DNA from: Planctomycetaceae bacterium UBA7805
GTDB lineage: Bacteria; Planctomycetota; Planctomycetia; Pirellulales; UBA7805
Direction: 5' to 3'
Assembly (NCBI GenBank): GCA_002480485.1
Contig: DLCF01000027.1
Span: 9,936 to 73,935, forward strand
Length of the DNA stretch: 64,000 nucleotides
Part shown: positions 1 to 10,004 of the stretch, piece by piece
Position numbering within the stretch: position 1 is the first letter of the stretch
Layout of the letters: each line of letters begins with the position of its first letter
The notes under the pieces: model-generated
Seen by the model: the letters and a program-made list of their open reading frames with translations, nothing else
What the model was told of the DNA's origin: nothing
Database searches by the model: none
Program-made: the position numbers and the translations under genes

Positions 1-411
1 TGCCATGACTGGTATACCTGCAGATGTCAGTGCCTCGATCGCTTTGACATCATTGGCACCGGCCTCCACTTTGACCGCTTGCGCGGAGGATTCTTTCAAT
101 ATCCGCGCTGCGTTTTCAATCGTTTTTTCAATACCCACGTAGTGTGCTGGGAACGGCAGGTCGACCACTACAAGGGACGAGCTTGCACCTCGAGCGACCA
201 TTTCAGCATGGTAAATCATCTCTTCTAGCGTGACCGGCAGCGTATTTTCCTTACCTTGTACCACCATGCCAAGACTATCACCAACCAACAGACCATCAAC
301 TCCTGCTGTTTCGAGCAGTCTGGCCATCGTGTAGTCGTACGCGGTGAGCATGGTAATTTTCTCACCGCGCTCTTTTTTTGCCACAAAATTTGGGATGCGC
401 ATTGCAGGCAT
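1..411 (-). CDS. panB: 3-methyl-2-oxobutanoate hydroxymethyltransferase (ketopantoate hydroxymethyltransferase), first 137 codons; the gene runs off the left edge
   Basis: Absent from the ORF track because there is no stop in the window. My reverse translation from ATG 411-409 reads MPAMRIPNFVAKKERGEKITMLTAYDYTMARLLETAGVDGLLVGDSLGMVVQGKENTLPVTLEEMIYHAEMVARGASSSLVVVDLPF... This carries the PanB hallmarks ITMLTAYDY, LLVGDSLGMV, TLPVT and VVDLPF. Confidence 0.85.
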   Translation of the reverse strand, partial: MPAMRIPNFVAKKERGEKITMLTAYDYTMARLLETAGVDGLLVGDSLGMVVQGKENTLPVTLEEMIYHAEMVARGASSSLVVVDLPFPAHYVGIEKTIENAARILKESSAQAVKVEAGANDVKAIEALTSAGIPVMA

Positions 412-731
412 GAATCATTTATCTCCCTGGCAGCTCCAAGAAATTTTAACCAAAGCCCAAAAAATCTTACCCAAGTGCTACGCAAATCCCCCACGACAAC
501 CACACACGATCAAGGATTACAAGCAACTTTTAGCAAGCGTCTCTGCATTGTGACGACCGCCGGAAGGTGTGGCAAGCAGTCGCCTGTCGCCAACCCAAGC
601 TGGGAATTCATCGCAGGTTGCCTGAGACGCAAAGGAAAACCCTTTCAAAATTACAATGAATTGGACAAACAACCCGTTTCGACGCAAGAACCACCATCCC
701 GTTTTACCGGTTATTGCATCTGTCGCATCTG

Positions 732-749
732 CACGTGAACCCTCACGTG
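732..749. promoter_or_regulatory. Perfect inverted repeat CACGTGA-accc-TCACGTG, 14 nt upstream of the SDR start codon; possible operator or 5' UTR hairpin
   Basis: Read directly: 732-738 CACGTGA, 743-749 TCACGTG. Each arm contains the palindrome CACGTG. It lies in the 350-bp divergent panB/SDR intergenic region. Confidence 0.2.
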
Positions 750-762
750 GTTTACAATTAAG

Positions 763-1617
763 GTGCTTCAGAGATATCGCCGTTTGCTCGCCCAATTCCC
801 AAACGACGACGCTTTACATCACTTCCGGCAACCTTCCCAACGCAAAAGAGCAACCTTGTCCGCACTTTACCCGCAACACCCTGTTGCTCTGATCACCGGC
901 GCCGGGGCACCTCGGATCGGTAATTGCGTCGCGCGGTTCCTGGGAAGCAGGGGCTATCAGATAGCAGTTCATGCCAACGCATCGGCTTCAGAGGCTAAAG
1001 AAACGGTAGCGGAGTTGGAGGCGAATGGCGTTTCAGCAATCGCCGTTACCGCGGACTTAACAGATGAAAAATCCACTCGGGACATGGTCTGCAATGTCTC
1101 TGACCATTTCGGGCACATTGAGGCATTGGTCAACTCGGCTGGAATCTGGAAGTCAGGTGATCTTGAGGATATTCGTGCCGAGGATGTTCGTCATCACTTT
1201 GAGGTCAACGCGCTGGGAACATTTCTCTGTTGCCAACAGGTGGGACTCCAAATGGTCTCTCAAGATCATGGCGGGAGCATCGTCAACATCGGTGATTGGA
1301 GTACGATTCGGCCGCTTGGGGATTATGCGGCTTACTATCCGTCAAAGGGGACGATTCCGACGATCACGCGTTGCTTTGCCGTGGAACTCGCACGCAGAAA
1401 TCCATGCGTTCGCGTGAATGCGGTTTTACCGGGTCCGGTCCTTTTTCCAGAGGACATGCCAGAGTCGGAACGCAAGGCAGAAATTGCGGGCACTTTGGTA
1501 AAAAGAGAGGGAAGTCCTCAAAATGTAGCGGATGCCGTTTTAATGCTACTTGAGAACGATTTTATCACCGGGGTTTCGCTGCCGGTGGATGGCGGTCGCA
1601 GCGTTTATTCGGAATGA
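763..1617 (+). CDS. Short-chain dehydrogenase/reductase (SDR) family oxidoreductase, pteridine-reductase/FabI-like glycine motif
   Basis: Carries ALITGAGAPRIGNCVARFL (NAD(P)-binding TGxxxxxG), NSAG, and a YxxxK-type YYPSK. The ORF opens with GTG at 763. The true start may be downstream (for example TTG 856), because the first 45 aa are non-homologous-looking. The stop overlaps the next gene start (ATGA at 1614-1617). Confidence 0.8.
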   Translation: MLQRYRRLLAQFPNDDALHHFRQPSQRKRATLSALYPQHPVALITGAGAPRIGNCVARFLGSRGYQIAVHANASASEAKETVAELEANGVSAIAVTADLTDEKSTRDMVCNVSDHFGHIEALVNSAGIWKSGDLEDIRAEDVRHHFEVNALGTFLCCQQVGLQMVSQDHGGSIVNIGDWSTIRPLGDYAAYYPSKGTIPTITRCFAVELARRNPCVRVNAVLPGPVLFPEDMPESERKAEIAGTLVKREGSPQNVADAVLMLLENDFITGVSLPVDGGRSVYSE

Positions 1618-3755
1618 GAAATAGTTCTATGTCCGAAACTATCAAACGATCCGATGTCAATGGTCAGATCGCCAAGCTGACAATTGATATGCCCGGCAAA
1701 GGCGCGAACATTCTTTCCGGCGACGTGCTCAACGAATTAGATCAGCACCTCGACCGTCTGAAGGGTGAGGACGGTTTGAAAGGTTTGATTATTGTAAGTG
1801 GAAAGCCCGGCACATTTATCGCCGGCGCCGATCTTCGGGAATTTGTCGCGTCACTCGATGCGGATCGAGAAGAAATTGTCGGCCTCTGTCGCAGAGGAAG
1901 GCTCCTCTTTGCGGGGTTGCATGAACTTCCGTTTGTCACCGTAGCGGCCATCGATGGAATTTGCGTTGGAGGAGGCGCGGAGTTAGCAATTGCTTGTGAC
2001 CGCCGTATTGTTTCGGATGCAGCGAACACTCAGTTGGGATTCCCCGAAGTGAAACTCGGGTTATTTCCGGGTTGGGGCGGTACCGTGCGGACACCTCGAA
2101 TTGTCGGTCTCTACAACGCAGTGGAAATGATTACTGGAGGCAAGTCGATCAGCTCTGCGGATGCCGTGGAGATGGGTTTGGTCACCGAAAGTGTGCCTGC
2201 AGAGCGTCTGCTGGATGCTGCCATCCATCTGATCGAGCAAGAGACGGAATCACAGTCATTTCTAGAGGATCGGAAGAAGTGGGCCCGACCGTTAAAAATG
2301 AGCGAGAACGAACTTAGCTTCCTCGGTGTGACGGCGGCAGGCTTTATCGAGCAACAGACCAAAGGCCACTATCCAGCCCCGTTAGCTGCGTTGGAGGTGC
2401 TTATCGGTGGATCCTCATTAGATCCGCAAGCCGCTGGAGAGTTGGAATCCGAGGAAATGGCCAATCTCTTCGGCTCGCCGGTGAATCGCGCGCTGCTGAA
2501 TGTATTTTTTCTTACCGACCGCAACAAAAAACAGTTTGCTGCCCATCAAACCTCCACCCCGATTGAACACGTGGGCATCGTGGGTGCTGGGATTATGGGG
2601 CAAGGAATCGCGTCGACCAATCTGCGCAGTCATTTACCGACCGTGATGAACGATACCGTAAGCGATGTCTTGCAACGAGGGATGCAGAGCGTTTTGGAGC
2701 AAGCTTCATACAGTCGAAATCTAAAAGGTCCCGATGTCGATCAGACAATCGCCTTAGCACCTTTGTTGAGTCCCGGCCTCGAGATCACTGAATTTCAGCA
2801 TTGTGACTTAGTAATCGAAGCCGCAGTGGAGCGGTCGGAAGTGAAAAAAAATATTTTTTCAAAACTGGAAGAAGTGGTTGACCCCAAGGCAGTGCTCGCC
2901 ACCAACACGTCGACTATTCCGATTGACGAACTGGCCTCGTCGCTCGCCCACCCGGAACGCTTTCTCGGCATTCACTTTTTTAATCCGGTACGGAAGATGC
3001 CGCTGGTGGAAATCATTCGCGGCACAAAAACCAGTGATGCAACAATCGCGGCCGCTTTCGCTTATGTCAAAAAGATTAAAAAATCTCCAGTCCTAGTTCG
3101 CAGTGGTCCGGGTTTTCTGGTCAATCGTTTATTGCTTCCCTATATGAGCGAAGCAATCGAACTGTTGCTAGAAGGGATTACGCCGCAGGCAGTGGATCGT
3201 GTCGCTAAGCAATTTGGTATGCCAATGGGACCCATACAACTCTACGATGTAGTAGGGTTGGACGTTGCCGCTTACGCAGAAAAGACGATGGCTAGCGCAT
3301 TCCCAGATCGCATCCCGCAATCTTCATTGGTAACGGACCTCGTCGAAGCGGGTCGTTTAGGGCAAAAAACTGAATGTGGATTTTATTCGTACCGTAACAA
3401 GAAACGTCGAGCTGAGTCGGATCCAACGCTCAATCCATTTATCGACAAATACAAGAAGCAAGATCGTGACCCGGACGCAGAGGAAATTCAGGATCGCCTG
3501 ATGTTGCCAATGCTCTTGGAGGCGTGTCGCGTGCTCGACGAACAAATTGTTGAAGATCCTCGGGACGTCGATCTAAGCCTAATTCTCGGCATCGGATTCC
3601 CACCGTTTCGAGGGGGCCTCCTTTTCTGGGCCGACACGCTTGGTGTGGCAAAAATTCTAAAAAAACTCGATCGTTACCAGTCGCTGGGCAGTCGCTACGA
3701 GCCAACCCGTCGATTGTTACGGTTGGCCGAGACTGGGGACACTTTTTATGACTAG
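1614..3755 (+). CDS. Bifunctional fatty-acid oxidation alpha subunit (enoyl-CoA hydratase / 3-hydroxyacyl-CoA dehydrogenase), FadB/FadJ family
   Basis: 713 aa. The N-terminal crotonase fold shows FIAGADLREF and GGGAELAIACD. The central Rossmann motif is VGIVGAGIMGQGIA. 3-HCDH C-terminal repeats are present. Translationally coupled to the SDR gene. Confidence 0.88.
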   Translation: MRNSSMSETIKRSDVNGQIAKLTIDMPGKGANILSGDVLNELDQHLDRLKGEDGLKGLIIVSGKPGTFIAGADLREFVASLDADREEIVGLCRRGRLLFAGLHELPFVTVAAIDGICVGGGAELAIACDRRIVSDAANTQLGFPEVKLGLFPGWGGTVRTPRIVGLYNAVEMITGGKSISSADAVEMGLVTESVPAERLLDAAIHLIEQETESQSFLEDRKKWARPLKMSENELSFLGVTAAGFIEQQTKGHYPAPLAALEVLIGGSSLDPQAAGELESEEMANLFGSPVNRALLNVFFLTDRNKKQFAAHQTSTPIEHVGIVGAGIMGQGIASTNLRSHLPTVMNDTVSDVLQRGMQSVLEQASYSRNLKGPDVDQTIALAPLLSPGLEITEFQHCDLVIEAAVERSEVKKNIFSKLEEVVDPKAVLATNTSTIPIDELASSLAHPERFLGIHFFNPVRKMPLVEIIRGTKTSDATIAAAFAYVKKIKKSPVLVRSGPGFLVNRLLLPYMSEAIELLLEGITPQAVDRVAKQFGMPMGPIQLYDVVGLDVAAYAEKTMASAFPDRIPQSSLVTDLVEAGRLGQKTECGFYSYRNKKRRAESDPTLNPFIDKYKKQDRDPDAEEIQDRLMLPMLLEACRVLDEQIVEDPRDVDLSLILGIGFPPFRGGLLFWADTLGVAKILKKLDRYQSLGSRYEPTRRLLRLAETGDTFYD

Positions 3756-3879
3756 AGTCGTCGACTCGACGAGCGTACAATCAGGTCCGCATCGCACACA
3801 AACCGTTATTCGGGGGTAGTGGTTGTTTTTTTAAAACATCGATATTTCGGTCTGCAGAAGAAAGACGAGAAAGGGAATT

Positions 3880-4914
3880 ATGATCCGCAAAGCTTTTTTG
3901 GCCTTTGTTTCGTTGTCTTTGATTGGGAGCATTTTACCTCAGACAGTTCTATGCAATGAACAAACTGCAATTGAAAACATCAGAAAGCATGGTGGAACCG
4001 TCCGCTCGGTTGCATCAGATGACAACTCTAAAGAAATAGACTTTCATTTATCGGGTAAAGAGCTAACCGACGCGCAACTTGCTAATGTGGCTGACATCTC
4101 GGACGTGATATGGTTGAATTTAAAAGATACCAAGATCACTAATGCTGGGCTGAGGCATCTGAAGGGATTAAGCAAACTCCGAAAACTGCATCTTGAGCGT
4201 ACGGCGGTGACCGATGCCGGACTGGATGCCCTCGCCGGTCTGACCGATTTGGAATACTTAAATCTTTATGGCACTGAGGTGACAGACGCGGGCTTGGCCA
4301 AGTTAACGAGCCTGAAGAATCTGAAGCAACTTTATCTTTGGAAGTCTGGGGCGACTGAAGAGGGCGCAGAACAATTGAAACAAGCCATCCCCGGTTTGGT
4401 GGTTAATTTGGGCGCGGAATTGCAACCGGTCAAGATTGAACCGGTCGGGGATGCGAACGAAGGTGATGCACCCAAAGAGACTTTAGCTGAAGCTCAGTTT
4501 TTGCGGGTGCGACATGTGGGCGCGGATAAAATTCTCAGCCTTGCTGAAGTTGCAGTTATCGAGAAAGATTCAGGAAAAAAACTCCACTCCGAAGGTAAAG
4601 CGACCCAATCTTCGGCAGAATACGATGGTGAGGCTGATCGTGCTATCGACGGCAACGAAAAACAGGCATTCGGCGAGAACAGCGTCACCCACACCAAAGT
4701 TGAAAATTATCCCTGGTGGCAAGTTGATTTAGGCAAATCAGCTATGGTTGGCAAAATCAAAATCTGGAATCGGTCTGATTGCTGTGGAGACCGTCTTGAG
4801 GGTGCGGTCGTGGAATTGCTTGACGCGAATCGAAACGTTGTCTGGAGTGAAACCATCACCGAAGCAAAAGACGGGAGCGTGCATGAATTTGTCAAGAAAC
4901 CGGCCGAATCCTGA
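3880..4914 (+). CDS. Secreted leucine-rich-repeat protein with a C-terminal F-type lectin (fucolectin/FTP) domain
   Basis: Signal peptide MIRKAFLAFVSLSLIGSILPQ. There are about 5 LRR units (LxxLxLxxTxVTDAGL). The C-terminal GKATQSS...AIDGN...THT...YPWWQVDL...NRSDCCGDRLEGA matches the eel fucolectin domain. The fucose triad motif H-x26-R-x-D-x4-R is present (H271, R298, D300, R305; nt 4690-4794). Confidence 0.75.
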   Translation: MIRKAFLAFVSLSLIGSILPQTVLCNEQTAIENIRKHGGTVRSVASDDNSKEIDFHLSGKELTDAQLANVADISDVIWLNLKDTKITNAGLRHLKGLSKLRKLHLERTAVTDAGLDALAGLTDLEYLNLYGTEVTDAGLAKLTSLKNLKQLYLWKSGATEEGAEQLKQAIPGLVVNLGAELQPVKIEPVGDANEGDAPKETLAEAQFLRVRHVGADKILSLAEVAVIEKDSGKKLHSEGKATQSSAEYDGEADRAIDGNEKQAFGENSVTHTKVENYPWWQVDLGKSAMVGKIKIWNRSDCCGDRLEGAVVELLDANRNVVWSETITEAKDGSVHEFVKKPAES

Positions 4915-5156
4915 TCCTGCCATTTAGGCAGCATCGGCGATGTGGGACTGTCATCCTCGACAAAACACAGCAAAGCTCTGGCAAATTCTGTTGTCTGGAT
5001 GACGTATTTTATACGTGCCTCACCGCATTAAACACTTTTTCGCTAATCGCGTAATGGAGCATCTGTGTTTGGTATCCCAATTGCTCTCCTGAAGAAATGC
5101 GTCGATCGCCTCAAATTTTACAGCACTGTTCATTTCATTTTGTAGACGCTCTGATC

Positions 5157-5543
5157 ATGCTTGCTGAATCCCCGTCCATTCTGATCACCGATAATGATCC
5201 TCAGTTTCGTGATACCGTGCTCGAGGTGCTGCGTCCGATCGGGTACCGAATCTGGGAGGCCGACAACGGCTTGGAGGCAATGGAAATTGTACAGCGTGAG
5301 CGAGTGCACCTCGTGCTTCTTGACATGCATATGCCACGACAAAGCGGCCTTGAGACACTTCAACATCTGAAACGTTTTAAGGCTCTTCTACCCTGCATTT
5401 TGCTATCTGCCGAGATGGATGATCAAATAGAGGCCGAGGCACGAAAAGCGCAGGCGTTCGAGGTACTTCGCAAACCGGTCAGCCGCCTCGATCTTACCGG
5501 AACGATTGAGCACGCGCTTCAGGAAACCTACGGCGTGCCCTGA
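5157..5543 (+). CDS. Single-domain response regulator (CheY-like receiver)
   Basis: SILITDNDPQFRD...HLVLLDMHMPRQSGLETL...ILLSAE...KP shows the receiver acidic pocket, the phospho-Asp in LLDMHMP, and a conserved Lys. The ORF opens at 5097 but ATG 5157 gives the canonical receiver N-terminus. No output domain and no adjacent kinase. Confidence 0.8.
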   Translation: MLAESPSILITDNDPQFRDTVLEVLRPIGYRIWEADNGLEAMEIVQRERVHLVLLDMHMPRQSGLETLQHLKRFKALLPCILLSAEMDDQIEAEARKAQAFEVLRKPVSRLDLTGTIEHALQETYGVP

Positions 5544-5585
5544 TCAAACCAGTGCCATATTTGAAAAAATTTTCTGGCAGTGTGC

Positions 5586-6299
5586 TCAACGACAGTGGAA
5601 GTCGACAACCAGCGGTAAATGATCTGATGCGATCTTTGAGACCTTGGTTCGCACGACACGAAGATTGACAACTCGAACCTCGGGAGAGCAGTAGACTTTA
5701 TCAAGCGAACCTACGGGCAAATAGGCCGGAAAGGTGCGAAAACGCGAGATCGGGTGTGTGCAATGCTTGAATCCTCTTGCGGCAAGGCCACCTTCAGCCA
5801 ACGTGTTTCTCCAGTCGTTGGTGTCGCCTGCAATAAGCGTGGGCAGCGCCTGGCTACGACGAAATAGATGATGGCTCAATAAATGCTCCATCTGCTGATG
5901 ACGCTCTTGTTCACTCAATCCCAAGTGCAGGTTGATAAACCGAAACAACCCTTCAGGCGATTCCACGATTCCGAGTTGCGCTCCCCGAGCCTTTTTTCCC
6001 GGCAGCCCTAGCGAAATACTATGCCGCTCGGAAAAAGGCCAGCGAGCAAGGAGTAAATTGCCATAGCCACCTTTTTTCAGGCGGACATTCAATTGAAAGG
6101 TGCAGCCGATCGCGGCAAGATGCTCCGCGAGCATGCTGGGTTGGTCGTGCTGACGTGAGCGTGGCACCCCGCGATCAACCTCCTGCAAGCAAAGCAGGTC
6201 TGGGTTTTCATTCTCGATGACTTCAATAATTCGCGGGAGTCTGTAAAGCCGATCGCGCCCACCGATCCCTTTGTGAATATTGTAAGTCAATAACCGCAT
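5586..6299 (-). CDS. Endonuclease/exonuclease/phosphatase (EEP) family protein
   Basis: MRLLTYNIHKGIG...PDLLCLQEVD...GDTNDW...SDHLPLVVDF are the typical EEP catalytic motifs. It lies 42 nt downstream of ftsH on the same strand. Confidence 0.8.
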   Translation of the reverse strand: MRLLTYNIHKGIGGRDRLYRLPRIIEVIENENPDLLCLQEVDRGVPRSRQHDQPSMLAEHLAAIGCTFQLNVRLKKGGYGNLLLARWPFSERHSISLGLPGKKARGAQLGIVESPEGLFRFINLHLGLSEQERHQQMEHLLSHHLFRRSQALPTLIAGDTNDWRNTLAEGGLAARGFKHCTHPISRFRTFPAYLPVGSLDKVYCSPEVRVVNLRVVRTKVSKIASDHLPLVVDFHCR

Positions 6300-6341
6300 C
6301 GCATTGCCTTGGTACGGCAGGAAGTTGGAAGACTCTCAATT

Positions 6342-8438
6342 TTAACCACCCGCTTGAGTCGATCCGTCATCAGTCTGCGGTGGTTGTGCGATGGATTCGG
6401 TCGGCGTTTCAACCGCTTCGCTGTGGGGTGTTTTTTTGAAATCATCACTCTCGGTTCCGGGAACGATTTGCGGACTAACAGAAGTCTGGTCCACAATCTC
6501 CCGCAGTTCATCTGCGTCCATCACTTCACATTCAATTAATCTTTTGGACAGCGCGACGAGTGTCTCTCGACGTGTGCTCAAAATGTGCCGAACCTTGGAG
6601 AGCCCATCTTCAATGATCTGCTTGACCTCTTGGTCTATTTCGTGGGCGGTTTGTCCGCTGTGACTCGCGGTGCTAATTCCATCGCTGTTCGCGAGAAAAG
6701 GGCTTTGGCCTGATTCTTTATAATTAACACGACCCAATCGACTCATTCCAAATTGCATGACCATGCTCCGGGCGATCTCAGTGGCCCTCTCCAGATCGTT
6801 CTGGGCGCCGGAGGAAATGTCCTCAAATACCAACTCCTCAGCCATGGTTCCGGCAAGCAGCACCTGAATCCTCGCCTCCAATTCACTTCGGGTCACTAGA
6901 TATCGATCCTCCTCAGGCCGCTGCATCGTATAACCGAGTGCCGCAAGGCCGCGGGGAATTATTGAGATCTTGTGAACCGGATCGGTATTCGGCAGACTGT
7001 CGGCGACCAACGCGTGGCCACACTCGTGATAAGCAATCCGCTGCTTCTCATCTTCGTGAATGATCCGTTGCCTCTTTTCCAAACCTGCCGTGACCCTCTC
7101 TACGCCTTCATTGAACTGCTCCATCGTCACGGCGGACAGATCGGATCGAGCAGCAAGCAGCGCTGCCTCGTTCACTAGGTTCGCAAGATCTGCGCCACAA
7201 AATCCAGAGGTAATGGCCGCAACTTTTGCCAGATCGACCCCATCGGCCAACTTTACATTTTTCACGTGCACTTTCAAAATTGCCTCGCGACCCCGAACAT
7301 CTGGGCGATCAACCAAAACGTGCCTGTCGAAACGACCCGGCCGAAGCAACGCCGGGTCCAATGTTTCAGGACGATTGGTGGCTGCCAACACTATCACGCC
7401 ACTGTTTGAATCGAATCCATCCATCTCTACCAACAGCGCATTGAGGGTTTGCTCCCGCTCATCATGTCCGCCCACCACACTGGAACCGCGGGTTTTACCA
7501 AGTGCATCAAGTTCATCAATGAAAATGATGCAGGGAGACTTACTTTGCGCCTGCTGAAACATATCGCGGACTCTAGCCGCACCGACACCCACAAACATTT
7601 CCACAAAATCGCTGCCGGAGAGGCTGAAAAAAGGGACACGGGCCTCTCCCGCAACCCCCTTTGCTAACAAAGTTTTGCCAGTGCCCGGTGGTCCGACAAG
7701 CAGCACACCTTTCGGAATCCTGCCACCCAGTCGCTGATACTTTTCTGGGCTGCTAAGAAAATCGACCACCTCCTTTAGTTCTTCGACCGCTTCATCAATG
7801 CCTGCGACATCATTGAAAGTTACGCCCAGGCCCTCTTGCGCGTACAATTTGCCGCGGCTTCGTCCGAATGCCATTGGAGAACCAGCCCCACTCATCCGTC
7901 GTGAAATAAAGATAAGCACAAAAATAAAAATGGCTGTGATCATTAACATCGGGCCATAGGTTTGAAAAAAACTTGGCCGCAACCATTCGTACTTGATACC
8001 GTATTGACCAAAGAGCTCGCGAATTGCGACATCAATTTCCGTAGACTTGTTGACCCTGAAACGTACTTTCCCTGAGGGGCTTCTTCCGGCAGACCGATCT
8101 TTGTTCTTTGGGGACGCCTCTTCCTGAGTCACCACGCCTGTAATTTCCCGGTCGCCAACCTTGATATTTCGCAGATCTCGATACCGCCAGAGATCCGGAT
8201 TTTTTTCGGTACCACGATTGATCTCAACAAAGCCCTGCGGTTCTTCACCCGACGCTTGTTGCTTTACCAAATCTTCAAACTCTTGGTAGTCAAACACAAC
8301 CGCATTTTGCCAGTTGAAAAAGAGGGCAAAGAAACCAGCTGCGGTGGCAATCAGCAGCATGTAGAGCAGGACCTGACTCCCTCCTGCCTGTGGCTTTTTC
8401 TCTCCCGACTGCTGGGGTTCGCGGGAAGGATTTTCCAT
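6342..8438 (-). CDS. ftsH: ATP-dependent zinc metalloprotease FtsH
   Basis: Walker [19 protein letters not shown], Walker [31 protein letters not shown], zinc site HECGHALV. Two N-terminal TM segments flank a periplasmic domain. Confidence 0.96.
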   Translation of the reverse strand: MENPSREPQQSGEKKPQAGGSQVLLYMLLIATAAGFFALFFNWQNAVVFDYQEFEDLVKQQASGEEPQGFVEINRGTEKNPDLWRYRDLRNIKVGDREITGVVTQEEASPKNKDRSAGRSPSGKVRFRVNKSTEIDVAIRELFGQYGIKYEWLRPSFFQTYGPMLMITAIFIFVLIFISRRMSGAGSPMAFGRSRGKLYAQEGLGVTFNDVAGIDEAVEELKEVVDFLSSPEKYQRLGGRIPKGVLLVGPPGTGKTLLAKGVAGEARVPFFSLSGSDFVEMFVGVGAARVRDMFQQAQSKSPCIIFIDELDALGKTRGSSVVGGHDEREQTLNALLVEMDGFDSNSGVIVLAATNRPETLDPALLRPGRFDRHVLVDRPDVRGREAILKVHVKNVKLADGVDLAKVAAITSGFCGADLANLVNEAALLAARSDLSAVTMEQFNEGVERVTAGLEKRQRIIHEDEKQRIAYHECGHALVADSLPNTDPVHKISIIPRGLAALGYTMQRPEEDRYLVTRSELEARIQVLLAGTMAEELVFEDISSGAQNDLERATEIARSMVMQFGMSRLGRVNYKESGQSPFLANSDGISTASHSGQTAHEIDQEVKQIIEDGLSKVRHILSTRRETLVALSKRLIECEVMDADELREIVDQTSVSPQIVPGTESDDFKKTPHSEAVETPTESIAQPPQTDDGSTQAGG

Positions 8439-8840
8439 CAGGTGTTGGTCCTCTCAAAAACAACTTGGCGAATTTAAAAATCCACGCAAAACCGCGTGCA
8501 TGAATCAGCTGCCAGCGACAGCTCCCCTGTCGTTTTGGGGCAAATCGAGCCCCGCTTAGCATCTCACAATTATACACCCACCGCCCATATTTGGGGGCAT
8601 TTTCTAAGAGCTTTAGTGGAAAGTTCGCACTTGCTGGGCACCAACGGCCCGTCTAAAATGTGTCCCCTAATGCAGCAGAGTATGGTTTAGCTGATCCAAC
8701 ATCGTCGTCGCTGACAGCGTCTGTGCTCTCGCCCGGCTTCACCCTCGGCCTGATGTCAACGTTCCGGACCCAATTTTGAGATGCAGCATGGGGCCCGGTC
8801 GCTTCGTACGTAGCACCATGCCCGCTGCCGCAAAGCTCCC

Positions 8841-10004
8841 ATGGCTAGCAAACCGAAACATGTCGCTGTCCTGGGATCCACGGGGAGTATAGGTGAGAAC
8901 ACTCTGCAGGTGATTGCAAATTCGCAGGGCACGCTACGTGCAGCCGCACTTTCAGCGCACACGCGACTCGAGCGATTGATTGAGCAAGCAATTGCATTCG
9001 AGCCGGAGTGCGTAATCGCCACGTCACCGGTAGAGGCGGAAAAACAGGATTGGCAACGGTTACCTAACGGCTGTGAGTTACTGGTCGGGCAGGAAGAGGC
9101 GGAACGCGTCGTGCGCCGCTCGGAGATCGATATAATCGTGGCCGCTATCGTGGGAGCGGCAGGACTCCGTAGCACGTGGGCGGCAATCGAGGCAGGGAAA
9201 ACAATTGCCCTGGCAAACAAAGAAACGCTGGTGATGGCTGGTCCGTTAGTCACAGAGCTGGCCCGAAATACCGGAGCAATAATATTGCCCATAGACAGCG
9301 AGCATAGCGCTGTGTTTCAGGCACTGCAGGCGGGCCACTCATCGGAAGTAGAGCGGATTATCCTGACTGCCAGCGGTGGTCCATTTCGAGGTCAATCCCC
9401 AGAAAATCTCCATACCGTGACGGTTGATGACGCCCTCGCACATCCGACCTGGGATATGGGTCCGAAAATTACGATTGACTCGGCGACAATGATGAACAAG
9501 GCTCTGGAGATCGTTGAAGCGCGGTGGTTATTTGATTTGGAGCCCCGGCAGATTGAGGTGGTCGTCCACCCACAATCGATTGTGCATTCGCTGGTCGAGT
9601 TTATCGACGGATCGATCATTGCCCAGATGGGCCCGCCCGATATGAAATTGCCTATTCAGTATGCATTGGGTTGGCCGCGACGGACACCCCGATGTGGTAA
9701 AAAACTCTCATTCAATGAGGCACTCAGACTCGAATTCGAACCATTGGATACTGAACTTTTTCCTGCAGTACTACTAGGCATAGAGGCGGCAACCACTGGT
9801 GGAACTAGTGGCGTCGTGCTCAACGCGGCGAACGAAGCGGCGGTCGCGGGGTTTCTTGAGCAACAGATTAAATTTACCGATATTGTTCCTGCCTGCCGTT
9901 CCATTATTGATCAACACCATTTTGAACCAACGCCCAGTCTTGACCGACTACTGGCACTCGACCGCTGGGCACGTGAGGAGGTTTCCCGTTGGATATGCAC
10001 TTGA
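8841..10004 (+). CDS. dxr: 1-deoxy-D-xylulose-5-phosphate reductoisomerase
   Basis: VAVLGSTGSIGENTLQV, LANKETLV, PIDSEHSAVFQ, ILTASGGPFR and MNKALEIVEA are the full Dxr signature. Confidence 0.96.
   Translation: MASKPKHVAVLGSTGSIGENTLQVIANSQGTLRAAALSAHTRLERLIEQAIAFEPECVIATSPVEAEKQDWQRLPNGCELLVGQEEAERVVRRSEIDIIVAAIVGAAGLRSTWAAIEAGKTIALANKETLVMAGPLVTELARNTGAIILPIDSEHSAVFQALQAGHSSEVERIILTASGGPFRGQSPENLHTVTVDDALAHPTWDMGPKITIDSATMMNKALEIVEARWLFDLEPRQIEVVVHPQSIVHSLVEFIDGSIIAQMGPPDMKLPIQYALGWPRRTPRCGKKLSFNEALRLEFEPLDTELFPAVLLGIEAATTGGTSGVVLNAANEAAVAGFLEQQIKFTDIVPACRSIIDQHHFEPTPSLDRLLALDRWAREEVSRWICT

Noticed and set aside
8439-8840. 400-bp ftsH/dxr divergent region containing a 64-aa ORF (8496-8690) and a small stem CGACAG-ctccc-CTGTCG followed by TTTT (8515-8535)
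   Set aside because: The ORF has no SD and no motif. The stem is only 6 bp with 4 T's and has no upstream gene to terminate. This is most simply two divergent promoters plus 5' UTRs.
8756-9292. 178-aa minus-strand ORF overlapping the dxr 5' half
   Set aside because: It is a shadow ORF of dxr with Ser/Ala/Arg-rich nonsense composition.
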